Shown here piece by piece: positions 13,345 to 27,871 of a DNA stretch of 64,000 nucleotides. The position numbers and the translations under genes were made by a program. The notes beneath the pieces are model-generated. The model was not told the DNA's origin. It did not search any database and was given only the letters and a program-made list of their open reading frames with translations. The stretch lies in NCBI RefSeq assembly GCF_001194135.2, contig NC_068999.1:25691042-25755041 (forward strand). Direction: 5' to 3'. Numbering within the stretch: position 1 is the first letter of the stretch; the number at the start of each line of letters is the position of its first letter. The stretch is from Octopus bimaculoides (taxonomy: Eukaryota).

Positions 13345-14325
13345 TAATATTGGTTTCAAATTTTGGCACAAGGCCAGCAAGTTCAGGGGAGTGGATAACA
13401 TCGACCCCCAGTGTTCAACTGGTACTTATTTTATTGACCCCTAAAAGGATGAAAGGTGAAGTCAACATCAGCAGAATTTGAATGCAGAATGTAAAGTCAG
13501 ACAAAATACTGCTAAGAATTTTGCCCAGTGTGCTAATGATTCTGCCATCTTGCTACCCTGCTCTTTTCTAATATTCAGATGGTTTCCAGTTGTCCATGTC
13601 TGCAAATATTTTCTCAGCAACTTTAATCTTTATGCTCTCTAATGCTGTTGATTGTTCACGAAAAATGTTAAAGTTGTTATATTTAGCCTGAACACCTTGT
13701 GTGTGTATATATTGTATTATTTCAATCAAAGTGGACTACTTATATGTGTAGGACTCAATATATAACAAATGCACAATTTATAATAGTTTTTATTTAGATA
13801 TTGGCACATTTGTTTGACCTCAGGTCATTCTCATGTAATACTTTAAATCCATCTTTTTTTTGTTTTAGAAAGTGATAAATATTCATTTCAAATCTTGCAC
13901 AAGGCCAGCAAATTCGTGAGAGTGCGTAAGTCAATTACACTGACCTCAGTATTCAACTGGTATTTATTTTATCGATCCTGAAATGATGAAAGGTAAAGCT
14001 GATCCAGGCAGCATATATTCTCAGAATGTAAATTGAAAGAAACACCACTAAGCATTTTGTCTAGCGTGCCAACGATTCTGCCAGTTTGCTGCCTTATAGG
14101 TAATAAATATTTGTTTCAAACTTTGACACAAGGGCAGCAAGTTCAGGGGAGGGGGCAAGTCGATTATGTCAATCCCAGTGCTCAACTGGTCCTTATTTTA
14201 TTGACCCTGAAAGGATGAAAGGCAAAGTCGACTGCAGCGGAATTTGAACTCAGGACAGATACATGAAATGCTGCTAAACATTTTGCCCAGTGTGCTAAAG
14301 ATTCTGTCAGCTTGCTGTCTTATTA
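13345..14325 (-). mobile_element. three same-orientation copies of a tRNA-derived SINE (family A; about 13345-13560, 13880-14100, 14110-14325)
   Basis: Each has the reverse complement of GGCAGAATCGTTAGCAC...GTTCTGAGTTCAAATTC (B box)...CTTTCATCCTTT..AAGTACCAG...GCCTTGTGC. Confidence 0.8.
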
Positions 14326-16849
14326 AGTAATAAATATTAAACAATATAGCGATGCTACTCAATAAATAGGAAAATGGAATTGAATATATTGGTGGCTATG
14401 TGGTAAGAAGTTTGCTTTCCAACCACATATTTCTGGGTTCAGTCCTACTCAGGCCATTGACTCCTACACAAAATACATATTTTCCTTTAGAATCCCCTCT
14501 CTGCATGTTATTTCTGCAGTTGTTCAAGTGTTGATCTTGGAAAATCTACAAATGCCATGGCCCTTCTTTTCAAACCAAAAATACCAATGTATATGAGACT
14601 AACCTCTTTTGTAGGTGTGGACACTGAAAAACCACACACCAGATATAGAACATGACACACTGGTACTTCTATATTGAGTGTATCAAATGACAAAAGGATA
14701 AGGAACAAGACACTGTCATGGAAGAGATCTGTCCAGTCCATGCCATCATAGAAAAAACATGTAAAAATGATGATACAGATATCATCATCATTTAAGGTCC
14801 ATTTTCCAAGCTGGCATGGGTTGGACAGTTTGACAGGATCTGGTGAGCCGCAAGGCTATGCTGAACTCCAGTGTCAGCCTTGGTATGTTTTCTATGGCTG
14901 GATGATCCTCCTAATGCCAACCACTTTACAGTGTACTGGGTCTTGTTTCATGCCAATGACACTAGTGAAGTCACAAAGTAAGTTGCAAGATAGAAAAAGG
15001 AAAAAGCCCTCAAAACCAAGTGGGGGCTTTATACCAGGTACTGAAAAGATAATGCCTAAAGAGGGACGAGCACAAGTGTCTTGCTATAAAAGGAATACAT
15101 AAAAGCTATCCTACATTATATAAGGGTGAATAGCTGTAGCTCAAAAGGTAAAGATAGTAGTGTGTCAGAGCAAACTTGAGAGGTACAAGATGAGTATGAA
15201 AGGATACAAGAGGGAGAGGGACAGGTGAATGTACATGTGTATCATTGTTTACACAGATATTTTCATTAGTTGAAGACCTTTTCAAGTATAGTGTTTCAGT
15301 ACTGCTGTGTTATGCTATGTCATACATTTTTGAAGGGGGTTGTATGATTTTAACAATTGGATGCTCCTCAATCACATTAAAATGCACCCCACCACCAGTC
15401 CATGCTGTAGTTTCTTAGAGGAAGAAATGAAGTTATCTGTCAGGACCAAAGAGTTCCTTCTGCTCTGTATACCCAATATACATATATAGTGCCTATTTTC
15501 CTAGATATACTTTCAGATAGTCTCTACAAGTGATGACCAGATCTATCACACGGTTCTTTTTCATTTTAGCATAAGCTGCAGCATTGTAGAAAAATAATGA
15601 ACTCATTGCTGCTTGGTTCAGGGGTGCACCTTTAGTGCTCTGTTGCAGGTACTCAAACCAATTAGTTTTCTCTTGCCCACATTTTGCTTATAAAAATCAT
15701 GAGTATGAAAGTGGTGGCTTTGACTACGATGGATTCTAATGTCAGGAGGACAACACATCTTTTCTCTGAGAGCAGTCTGGTATCTTACTTGTGATAGGAC
15801 TTTAACTCTAAAAATCCTGTACTGCAAATAACAGCAACTATCACCAAATTCTGAACTACAGTTCAAATAGTGTTGTTCTTGAGAGAGAGAAAACAGGAAG
15901 CACTCCATCTGTATGAGAAACAAAGTTTAGCCTGCTTTTAGAAAGAACTCTGTTTGCACCATCCACATTTATTTTCTTATTCATTGAATTTCAATTTCTT
16001 CCTTCAATTTTTGAGAATCAGGGGTGTTAGAATTGATATTTATTAATGATTTTATTGGAGAATTTGTACATGTAAAAAAAAAAATAATCAGTGCTATTTC
16101 AGTGTCATTATTTTTATACTGAACTGGATTTCATGGAAATCTCTAGTTTCTAATAGGATTGGGAAATGTATATGCAGGCAGCATTACATGAGTTAAAAAT
16201 CACATGGAAGATTATAGACTGTTCTTAAAAAGGATTTGTTGTTAGCTAATGTGTAAGGAGGTACTGCCATTTTGTCCTGCTCATATTAGCCTAATAAGCA
16301 ATAATTATTCATGCATTGGTATTCCAGTGATCACAAGTTAATGTTTTGTGAATTAGGTATCTTGGATTTACTCTGTAACTGTTTTGCTGAAGGATTCTAT
16401 CACTATGTAACAGTTACATTACATGTGTACATGTATATAAAGGGGCTAAATTGGTAATTTCTGATTTCTCATTATTTTCTCCTGTCTGAAACCATTACAA
16501 TGCAAGTATTGCATCATCATTGGGAGTAAAAATTGGTCAACATAGTTGTTGTTACTGAAGTTAGAGTTTGAAACAGTCAGGTAACAGGTACTTCTTTACA
16601 AGAAATTTTTCCTCAACTTCGACCAAATTGTTACTGAGATTGCTAATAAAATATCTAGATAATTTTTGGTGTTTAACTATTGATATTCTTTTTTGTTAGA
16701 TTCCAAGTTAATTTTTCACACACTAATGCCTAACCTGATAATCTTAAGAAAATGAAGACTAAACTGGGGAATAATGAGTAAGGGCTAATTTCAATAATTC
16801 ATTCTCCTTAATTGCATGATGCATAAATGTATTGGGAAGAGACACTCAA

Positions 16850-17390
16850 GCAAGTACAGAAAATTGTCATTTTCTCAGTGAGGCCCAGCATTCAAAGATC
16901 CTTTCTCACCACTTTGTCCCATGACTTCCTGGGTCTACCCATTCCACAGGTACCCTCCACAATCAGAACTCAGCACTTCTTTATGAAACTGTCTTCATTC
17001 ATACACATCACATGACCAAACCAGTGCAGTCTTTTGCACATGACATCTGATGCCTCATACCCAGTTTTCCTCTTAAATCACTTACACTTTGTTGTGCTTG
17101 CACACTGACATTACCTATCCAACAGAGCATGCTAGCTTCATTTCTTTCAAACCTTTGCAAGTCCTCTGTAGTCAAAGCTCATGTTTCACTGCCACGTAAC
17201 ATAGTTGCACATACACAGGCATCATACAATCTGCTTTTCAACTTAGAGGGAGAGGCCCCTAGTTACCAACAAAGGTAGAAACTCTCTGAACTTTGACCAG
17301 CTTATTCTTATTCTAGCAACTACACTTTTAGAACTCTCTTCTCCACTGCTAACTTGGTTGCCCAGGTAACAGAAACTGAGCAAGGCCTAA
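16850..17390 (-). mobile_element. RTE LINE C-terminal fragment (same family as 58985-60724)
   Basis: Reverse complement aligns by eye with 59640-60200 (IRISWSKFREFLPLLVT..LYDACV..LRGSET). Confidence 0.75.
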
Positions 17391-18324
17391 CAGTAATTGC
17401 TTCAACTTGCCTTAAAAACCATTCCATTCCATTCCTACATCATGGTTGGTGATTAGCTACGTGCAACATCCATCTTAAAAAACAATTTTGCTCCACATAA
17501 CCCCCACCCCCCAACACCTGTGCAAATACAAGAAAGTGAATCAGACACAATACCTTCTGGTATTTTGCAAATCCTGCTCAAGTTAACTTTGCTTTTGATT
17601 CTTTTGAGCTTCATAAAAATAGAGTCAAATGTCGATGTCAGTTGTACAGACTACTCTTCTCTCAAATTTCTGGCCTTGTGCCTATGCAAGAAACAATTTT
17701 AAGTAAAGGCCAGAATGTTTGGGGATGGGTGGGTAGACCATTACACAAATCACAGCACTTGATAGGCACTTCATCAATCCCATAGGGATGAAAGGCAAGG
17801 ATGACCTTCTTAGGATCTGATCTTAAAACATAAAGAGACAGAACTGCAAGGCATTTTGTCTGATATTCCACTGCACTATGGCATCAGATAATAGAAATAA
17901 TTACAACTCTGTATTGCATTTATGAATAAAAACACATTGTAAAAGGATGTTTCGTTCTATATAACATGAATCTGCCAATCCTAAACTACCTGAAACCAAA
18001 ACACTAGTTTATATTTGTTACTTAGATTCTGTAATGCTCACTATTAGAATCATTGCAGATATTACTGAATTTTTGCTTTTATTTAGTGATTTTTCTTTTT
18101 TTTTTTTGTATACCTGGGTATATTGTTTTTGAAGAGAGTAACTCGGTTTGTTTGAAAATTTCATATTAAAAAAACTGCAAACGGGTCAAGGGAAAAAAAA
18201 TTTCATAGTTTGTTTTTGATGTTTGCATGTCCATGTCAGTCACTAATTGTGTTTATTATTAATATCCTTCTTTTATGTTTTTTTGAGTGTGTTTTTTTTT
18301 TAGTTATTCAATAATAAATATTTT

Positions 18325-18865
18325 CTACTATAGGTACAAGGCCTGAAATTTTGGGGAGTGGGGTAGTCAATTACATCAACCCCGAAAGGATGAAAGTTAA
18401 AGCAGACTTTGATGGAATTTGAACTCCGAATGTGAAGATGGATGAAATACGGCTAAGCATTTCACTTGGTGTGCTAATGAGCCTGTCAGCTTGCCCCCTT
18501 AATAACAATAACAATATTAATAATAATAATCCTTTCTACAAGAGGCACAAGACCTGAAATTTTTGGGGAAAGGGCTAATTGATTACATCGAGCCCAGTGA
18601 TTAACTAGTACTTATTTATCGACCCCGAAAGGATGAAAGGCAAAGTTGACCTTGGTAGAATTTGAACTCAGAACATAAAGACAGCCGAAATGCTGCTAAG
18701 CATTTTACCTGGTGTACTAACAATTCTGCCAGCTTGCTGCTTTCATATCCTTTCTACTATAGGCACAAGGCCTGAAATTTTGGGGGAAGGGACTAGTCGA
18801 TTGTGGTCACTGGTACTTAATTTATTGACCTTGAAGGGATGAAAGGTAAAATTGACCTTAGTGTT
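18325..18865 (-). mobile_element. three head-to-tail SINE family A copies
   Basis: Repeated ggcacaaggcctgaaattt..gaccccgaaaggatgaaag..gaatttgaactc units; the first two are separated by (TAA)n. Confidence 0.8.
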
Positions 18866-19337
18866 TCTGCAATAGCAACAATTTTCAAGCCAAAATACAA
18901 TAAATGTTTGAATAAACAAACCCATTTTAGATATTTTCTGAGGTTTTGTAACTTAGAAAATTTTCAACAAGATGTTAATAGTCAGGTATGCACAATGGTT
19001 AATCTCTAATTATTAGCTATTATTATCATTAAATCGTTATGTATGACACACTAGACATTCTTGACTGCACATACTCATTATATTTGAAGTAGTCTTTAAT
19101 ACAGTTTAGTTTCATAGCAATCTTATTACAATTAGAAGTCAGAATGCAACAAACTGAAATTGGTACTAAGTTTTAATTCCTGTTTTTTTTTTTTTTTTAA
19201 TAGGTTCCCTCTATTCTCAGTTTTGATTTTGAAATAATAGCATCAAGATTATTCAGAAATATAATAAAAGTTATATTGATGACACTTATAAATTATCTTG
19301 TAAAATAAAATTTCTTTTCTTAGCCTGTAATGGAAAT

Positions 19338-19394
<57 letters not shown>

Positions 19395-22300
19395 CAAATA
19401 AAAAATAATTCCCTTTCTTATTTTAATAGAACAATGTGAGTGAGGGATTGAAATATTTTAACGTCATACAAGGAATAATTTGTTTATATGCTGATCAGAG
19501 AACACTTAGAGTGTGAGTGCGGGTGTGTGAACAAAAATATACAATATATATATACAATATAAAATTTTATTTTAATTGTAATTACAGCACAAACTTTCAT
19601 TAACTTTCAACTATAGATTACAAACTGATTATTATTATTATGTTTAGAACAAAAGTTTTGGGGAGATATGAAACAAAACTAAAAAAAATACATAGATAAG
19701 GGTTAGAAATTGTTTAAATTATCAAAATAGAACATAATGATATCATTTTGTTTAAATGTTTAGAGATAAGAATGTTCCTAAATCTGTAGACAATTAAGTC
19801 ATTATCTAACAATGGTCTGTAATTCTGATGAAACTAAAATCCATGATGACTCAGTTCTGACTGCAAATTGAAGATAAAAAAAAAATTGAAAAGTTAATTT
19901 CTGTTACAATAATTAAGTTACATGGCAAGATAAATATACATTTTATTTCCTCTGATAAAATATAACACATATACATACCTTTTTTTTTTTCTCTTTACAA
20001 ATTTACAGACAAAAAAAAGCTTAAATCATTCATGATAAACATTTCAAAGTAGAATTTGTTTTCATAATTACAATCTCTTAGATTTATTATTTTCAAGTCC
20101 AATAACTTTTACCCTCAAAATTTTAAAAATCTGATGATACAAAATGAAAACCTCCAGGCAAAAGTCATTGAAATAATTTGGTGGGTTAGTGATTTCTTCA
20201 CTGGTTACATCATGAATTTCTGAAAACCTCTTATGTGCTAATGCCATATAGCATTACACTCTTTCATCAACTCGAGCCTGTATTGTCTATGAGTAAAAGT
20301 TTTTATATCTCAATCTTTAAGGATTTCCATTATATTAATTTTGTTTTCTCTCAAAGTCACATTTGCTGTTTTACACATTAATTACATGCACTATCATTTA
20401 TTTACTTAATTTATATTTGTTACTCAATGACAAAGTCTTTCATCACACACCTGTCACCACTTCAAAGATATTGTACTATCTGTAACAGTATCTTTGTGTT
20501 TGAATAATAAATGGTAAATATCACTACCAAAATACATGTTTCAGAAGATATTATAAATGAATTATTATCTATTAAGTAACAATTAAATATTTATCTTCCA
20601 ATATCAATGTTTTAATATCTGAAAAGCAGCTTCTAATCAAACTCTGCCAAGTCTCTGGTCACACAAGCATTCAGTTTCATCTTTGATCATGCTGACTATA
20701 TCTTACTGCAGAATACATAGGATTCTTCCCATTTAAAACTAAGTTACACACAAGTCATGATTTGGGGGCCTAACTGATGTGAATTTTTTGGTTGCTGACA
20801 ATGAAATGTCACCACTTCCATAGTGGTGGAGCTTTCATAGTGCTTATATGAACAGGTGGGAGTTGTACATGTCTGGTCACTTACATGACTTTTCTATTGA
20901 ACATTGCTGAGGTCCAAGTGATGGTCAACACTGATCATCAATAGATGTGTGTGAGAGAGAGAGAGAGAAAGAATTGCTGATGATTGTGTCCTTGTCTCAG
21001 AGAAAGTGCAGAGCTCAGTAGGAGTCACACAGTTCACATTTGAAAAATAACAACTAGAAGACTGATTCAAGCAAAATAGCACAACCTGAGCCCACCACTA
21101 TTAAAGAGCAAGTTTAATGAAAAACAAAACAGGTTGAGACAGTAACTGTGAAACAAGCAGATGTCATTTCAAGTGAAATGAAAAGTATTAGCCATTGTAT
21201 TACACAGGTTGAGGCATAGATGATATACCATAAAACAGGAAAAGAAAAATGCTGCATGCATTCATGAGACAGAGACACATGGAAAGATAAAATGAAGAAC
21301 ATATTCATCCTACAGAAAGCCAGTTTTTAGGTGGTTTCTGACAATTTGGATTTCTAGCAGTACCCTTTAACTGGTATGAGGAACCAGTCATATTGGGAGT
21401 CCCTTGTCACTATCACCTTCATAGAGGAAGATGATATAGGGAAATAATCACTTCCAATGCCGCAATAAAACTTCATTACACAAGTGTTCTATTGCATCCA
21501 ACATCTCCAGATCCTTTCAGTTTCCTGGTGTAATAGGATTACATACACAGAAATTCTTTGTTAAACTGTCAGCAATAATGTTGTACACACACCAGCTGAA
21601 ATGACTCTGACATAGTGTGCATGGTTGACTTGTAGATAGATACTTTCTAGAAACCTCTATAGCCACTTATTTAATGGTTAATGCCTGGCTGGTGAACCAA
21701 CACAAAGGTCAAAGACCAGTTAAATACCATTTTAAAGCGGAACAATGGACTCATGAATGAAATACCTAGCTACTTAATGTTCACTTTGGCAGTCTCAGCA
21801 TTGGAGGGGGTGGGGGGTTGAAGATATGAAGGGTAGAAACGCCTGGCACTACCTGAAGCAAGAAAAGAGGTATACACATTATGTAATATTTAGCCTTTCC
21901 AACCAAACATCTCATCTGCAATCAAAACTGCTTGTCAATGCTTAGGATGTACAGGTATAAAAGGATTCACTAAAAAGAAAATGACAATGTTCCTCATCAA
22001 TTTGGATTCAATGATCACCATAAGGAAGCGTGCGTGTGTGTGTGTGCGCACGTATGCATGTACACAAATAAATACAATAGAAGTTTACAATTAAAATATT
22101 ATAGAATAGTAAGAGGTTGTAAAGGAGCAGTGCAAGAAACAGCAGTTCCAATTTTAGAGATCAGTGATAATCTTATGTACAGCTAATTCATTAAAAACAG
22201 ATACAAAAAGTAGACATCCTGAGTGCCTCCTCCAGTTTTCTTACAATCCAATGGAAAACCAAACTCCTTTTGGTTTCAGCTGGGTATTATAGCAGTTAAG

Positions 22301-24156
22301 TAAGTGTTGTACAATAAAATGCTGGATATATTCCAACTTAGTTGTTTATTGTAAATTTAATTTAAGTCTAAGCTTAGAAAATATAATGGAAGCATACAAT
22401 CAAATACTGTAATATCAGTAAACTAATGCTTCAAAAATGTTTTTGGAGGGAGAGAAAAAAAAAAAAAAATGCTATTATCTTCAAGAAAAAAAAAGAAAAA
22501 AAAATTTAATTTGCAAGCATATTAGTAGCATCCAACTAACAGTTTAGTAATAATAGATTTAAAAAGCTTTCAGGAAGGTTTTATATGATTGTTATATTTC
22601 AAGAATCTTTTAAGTAATTTTGAAGTAATTATAATTATAAAACAATTTTAATTAAACTATTATTGGAGTACACATTTGGTCCACTGTGTCCAAAAGGAAA
22701 TGAAATGTAAAATAAAACTGGATAAAATGCAAACTTTAATGATGAACATGTCAGAAATACCACTGAAAAGAAACAGTGATACCTTTAACAATGAGAGAAG
22801 GCAGAAACCCCTGTGTCAATAGCAAGAAAGTAAGGAAGTAGAAAGACACGTCTGTAAAAACCAACTCCCACAATAAAGGGCAACATATATGTGAATAGAA
22901 AAGTAGTGAATCGAATTTACTGAGCTATGGAGAAAGATTGTAACTGAAGTTTATAAAAGGTAAGCGAGTTTGACAATAAATAGGTCAATGGAAGATAAAA
23001 TATTATACTTTGAAGAAAAGAAATAGCAGGATATTATATTTAGAGAGAAAGCTAGCAAAGCCCAAGTGAGAAGCTGAGAGAAGGTTATGTAATGTCTTTC
23101 ATTGCCCCCCCCCCCCCATACTGAAAAATATATAACTTATCAAATGCCTGTTCTAAGTAAACTAAGGCTATCCAATTTTGCCAAGTCTACATTGGAGAGT
23201 AGTTACAACCAGGGTAGAGTAGCTGACTGCTTATTGTGATCATTCGTCTTTTGGCTTCCTGTAGCTTCGCTCTCTTTTACAAACCCAGTGAACATACATA
23301 TATTTCCTATTTCAAAGAAATTCGAGCAACAGATATAAGACCCAAGTCAAAAACATTCTCAGCAATTCAACTTCTCTGGTTGACATTAAGATACCCATCC
23401 CCAATAGGGGCCTTAACTCCTACATTTTAGAGCTCCATGACCTCCATTTTTCAGGAGAAAAATCATTTTAACAGGCTCCATAAGACTGGAATTTTGGAAT
23501 CTGTGCATAAAGATCAGTAGTATGGGATACATGTGTCATGATTAGAATTTTTTTACGGTGTGTAAAGAGAGAAAGAACCCTCATCTGCAATTTTGATGAA
23601 ATTCGAATCATAGGTATTCCAGTTCATTAGAGAAAATATAACAGAAAAGTCTAATTCTTGCATTGCATGTAACATGGGCAACGCCGAGTATCTCTGCTAG
23701 TTATTTTCTAAAATGCTATGTACAGAAATAATACTAAAGAATTTTTTTCACTTGCCTACACAAAGAAACCAAACTACCATGCAGTTACCTTTAATAGAAA
23801 ATATTAGTTTATCCTATTTTAACTTCCTAAAGCCACCAACTGATTTTCTGTAGGGGGAACAGTTAGTAATGAAAACTGTTAAACATTCCAGGCGGTCAAA
23901 TAAACCAACAAACAAAACCCTTCTTCACACCATCTGTACTTTATGGAGTGCTTTTTCACTGACAGCTAGATTGTTAAGATGAAATAAAAATGATAAAACC
24001 AATAAATATTATTATCAGCAGTTAATGAAGAAGTCAAAAGGAAGGCACTGAGAGAAAGAGACAAAGAAAGGGAGATTGAGAAATCAGTGAATAATAACAA
24101 GCATCAGTAAATGACTGCAAGAATAAAGAATTCTGAAGAGGAAAAAGAAAACTTAC

Positions 24157-24183
24157 AAAGGCAATGGATTCCAGTTGTTGGGT
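24157..24183 (-). CDS. STAG1: STAG putative 27-nt microexon (TQQLESIAF)
   Basis: ttattactcacag|ACC...TTT|gtaagt; phase 0/0, compatible with the preceding exon; no homology support recalled. Confidence 0.55.
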
Positions 24184-25664
24184 CTGTGAGTAATAAAAAT
24201 AACAAAGACTCAAGCATAAATATTCAATAATAGAATCACTATTCCAATAAAGAAATGAATCCTTTATGAGTGACATTGAAGATATTCAAATAACTGCTAG
24301 AGACTTCAATAGTATATTAATCAGTAGAAAAAAATGAAGTCATTATTTAAATGGGAAGGAGATTATTAGCCTCAAATCAGACACGGTACAAAGCTATGCA
24401 AATTGACAAATTGTTATATATCCTCCAAACTACACAAACATATTTGTATATTGTCATCATTATCATCATCAACATTATCTTAAATGTCCATGTCCATTTT
24501 CCATTCTGGCATATATTCTAATAAAGCATATTGCACATAAAATCACAACAGAATAGTTTTTTTTATTTTTGCATCAATTAAACTAGTTCCCTAAGCTTAC
24601 TTCTTTGAGCTAATCATGTTGCAGGATAACTTTTTAGGTGCAAAATTAATGAGAGTGGAATCAAACATAAACCATGGTCCTAAAAAATTCTATAAAATAA
24701 AAGGTTATGTTATTCCATGTGGTAGATGTGGGGCTGGCTTCTTGATGTGGTGTGTCAAAAGCAAAATAAACAGCAATTGAAAATAGTTTCAGTGACAATG
24801 ACCAAATAGTACCAGCTGAGAATTGAACATAAAATTCCCAAACAAATTTTTATAAGAATATAATCAACAAATAACATATTTAAAAAATGTATTTTAAAAT
24901 ATTTTTATGACTATGAATGTCTTGTATAGTTATTAGATTGTTGATCTAACAGTGAAAATACAAAAGACAGTTTATTATTATTATTTGCAGACATTAACAC
25001 CAAATTTGTATCTTGTGGATTGCAGATATATTGCAAGAAATTCAGTAGAAAATTCTGCTAGGCATGGCAACATTCTAGCAATTCTAAAACAAATATTGGA
25101 ATAAACACTTCTTAAAAATTATTCAATAGCAGGTTACATAATGGAAGACAAAAAAATCTGTATGCTAGAGGTAAAATTAAATTTGCCAAGAAATTTGTAC
25201 AGATGCTCTCATTAGAAGAATCATTCACTATAAATTAGCAGTCCATCTGCATTATAGAAACTATATTACCAAATTTGGAACCCCACTCTCTCTCTCTCTC
25301 TCTCTAACAACCACCACCATCCAAATTATCATTATCTTAAGCCCATTTTTCCATGCTGACATAGGTTGAACAGGTGTTTCAGTATCATTTTGACTACTTC
25401 CTAAAATGAGTTACTGTCCACAATGATTGAAGCTGCATGCCTACACCTCTTAGATGCAGGTGAGAAGATTGAGAATTAAGAAAAGAGGTTGGGAGATATG
25501 GAAGAAATAGAGAATGTAAAGAAAAAAAGGAGAAAAATTTTGTAGAGAATGAGAATGTGGAAACAGGGAAGAGAGACTGAGAGAAGGGGAGAGACTTAAT
25601 GAAAAGAAAATGGTTCTTTTTAAACTTGGTCTACTCATGAACCTCTTTAACATTCAACACTTAC

Positions 25665-25815
25665 TGATGGATCTTCAATAGGAGGTGCATCTTCTTCAAA
25701 AAGTCCTCCTTGCATGACAGGATGATGGGCTCGACCTCTGGCTGACACAACATCAGAATTGTCAAACTCATTCATGTGGCTTTCCCCTTCTTCAGATACA
25801 TTTTCAAGACTTGAC
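25665..25815 (-). CDS. STAG1: cohesin subunit SA exon (SSLENVSEEGESHMNEF...PPIEDPS)
   Basis: gatgtag| ... |gtaagt; phase 2/0, in frame with the chain; acidic tail. Confidence 0.8.
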
Positions 25816-26984
25816 CTACATCCATAAAATCAAATGAATATCAAGTTATTTTTATTTCAAAAGAAACCTCAAGTCTAAGAACCAATGCTTAATTAACAAA
25901 ACAGAAATGTTTGCTGATAGATCTTTTCAAAGTGGATGTAATCAGATTAAGCCTCTAGACAAGATATATTCTATTAATGAAATATAATATGACTAGCTTG
26001 GCTAATTGGTTATTTTTCATGTTAAGAATAGGTAAAAAGAGTTATGTAAACTATACTATGTAAACAAATAGCTCAGTCACCTTTACTTTGAAGATATTCT
26101 TAATTTGTTATGACTAAATTGGACTCAGTAGTCTAAATACACTTTTCTATATGTGTATGTATTGCATTATGATTGGAGAAACAGATATGCCAAAAGAATG
26201 TAGCCAACCTCTATGATATGAAATAAGGAGGAAATAAAAGCTTCCATGGCTAACAACCAGTGTTTTAATTAAGATAATTTTCTTTGCTAAAGCAGGGTTA
26301 GTTTTCAAGACCTCATGATAGTTTTCTCCATTTTGCATTCCTACCTGCCCAATGCTCTTGCCTTATTCACTTCGTCATCATCTTAAGTCTTTCTCAGTCC
26401 TTTTCAACTTTCTACATTCATTTCCCATCATTTGTTTCACTTGTCATCTTCACGATGACTCAGTCATCTCATGGTTAAGTGAGTGGAGTAAACTCAGCAC
26501 CACGTTTTGATTATAATTCATATTTAGAAACTGAATTAATAATTCTCTCAAAGAGACACTATGTTACAACATAATTTTAAAATATTTGTTTTAAAACTTG
26601 TTTCGAGTTATTTAAACCATTTAGATTCTAAAGAAGTATTCATGGTTACAATATTTGCAACCTAATTTAAGATCGAACTATTCCAAAGCTATATAGAATC
26701 AAATTGTCTATCTCTAATGCTTTAATTGTTAATCTTCACACCATTTTCTAAGTTCAGAGTTATAGGAAAAATTATAAATTATTTTCTTCCAGATAATTAT
26801 TCACATAGAATCTGAAGCACCAATTACTCTATAACTGCTGAACTATAAATGTTCCAATAAGCTTAACTTCATGACTAACTTTTAATAAAATCCAAATCCA
26901 ATCACATCAGTGTCATCTAATGCTTAAATGTATTCAAACTATAAAACTATACAATAATAAAAGAATGAATGACCAAATACTCAC

Positions 26985-27098
26985 ATGTTTGGTGGTCGTA
27001 AATGACTGTAGTTAGAGGTTTCAATTCTTTGTTGTAGGTCTGATTGCTTTGAAGAATCCAACCAATTCATCTGGGAAAGCTGAGTGACATCAGACATT
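26985..27098 (-). CDS. STAG1: cohesin subunit SA exon (MSDVTQLSQMNWLDSSK...RPPN)
   Basis: tttccag| ... |gtgagt; phase 2/2; QMNWL resembles vertebrate QMQISWL. Confidence 0.85.
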
Positions 27099-27871
27099 CT
27101 GGAAATAAAAATGCATTAATTCTCAGACATATAAAGGAACATATAATAGAATGGAATTCATTGATAAGTAAATTATACTTAACACTTTCAACGTGAGAAA
27201 TATAAGAACTGTTCTATTGAAATAGTTGTGCTTAAAAAGTTACATTGTCAAAGTGACATAAGATTCTGCACACATTCTTTTTGGTACTTTTACACTGCTT
27301 TTTTTTAATTGCAGCAGGATCTGAATGACTGCTGCTATAAATAATTTTATAAATAAGATGCAGTTGCCTTCCAAAGAACCAGTTTTCCATTATACTGACT
27401 CCCGACAAGTTATGCAATGAAAAATAATAAATATGAAACAAACTGTCCTATGGATTAGGGACACTTGCACTTCCATTGACTTGCTACTGCAAGTAGCTAT
27501 TATATCTTGCAGAACTAATTAGTCTCTGTTGTTAACAAAATATTTAAAGCAAGTTTTATGAAAAAACAAAAACAAAAAGACTGATGCTTTACTACTACTA
27601 CTACTACACCGCTGCCACCATCATCGTTTAATGTACATTTTCTGGAGGAGGCATAATAGTATAGACAGCAGTTTATAGGGTATAGAGATGTAATAGTATT
27701 GAAATAAAGGCTCCCATCTGATTTGGCAAGGATTCTACAGCTGGATGCCCTTCCTAACGCCAACCACTCCAAGAGTGTAGTGGGTGCAAAGAGAAATGGA
27801 GGAGGCATAATAGTATAGACAGCAGTTTATAGGGTATAGGAGAAGTAACAGTATTGAAATAAAGGACTTAC

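Noticed and set aside
15300-15950. Possible Tc1 transposase remnant on the minus strand
   Set aside because: Only a faint QHG..VVGC resemblance; too decayed to support.
16700-16777. Exon-like segment with tag|...|gtaagg
   Set aside because: Stops in all three frames; no supporting context.
21100-23960. Several candidate STAG terminal exons (acceptors near 23964, 23755, 22850, 21309)
   Set aside because: All give short, non-conserved peptides; none can be preferred without transcripts.
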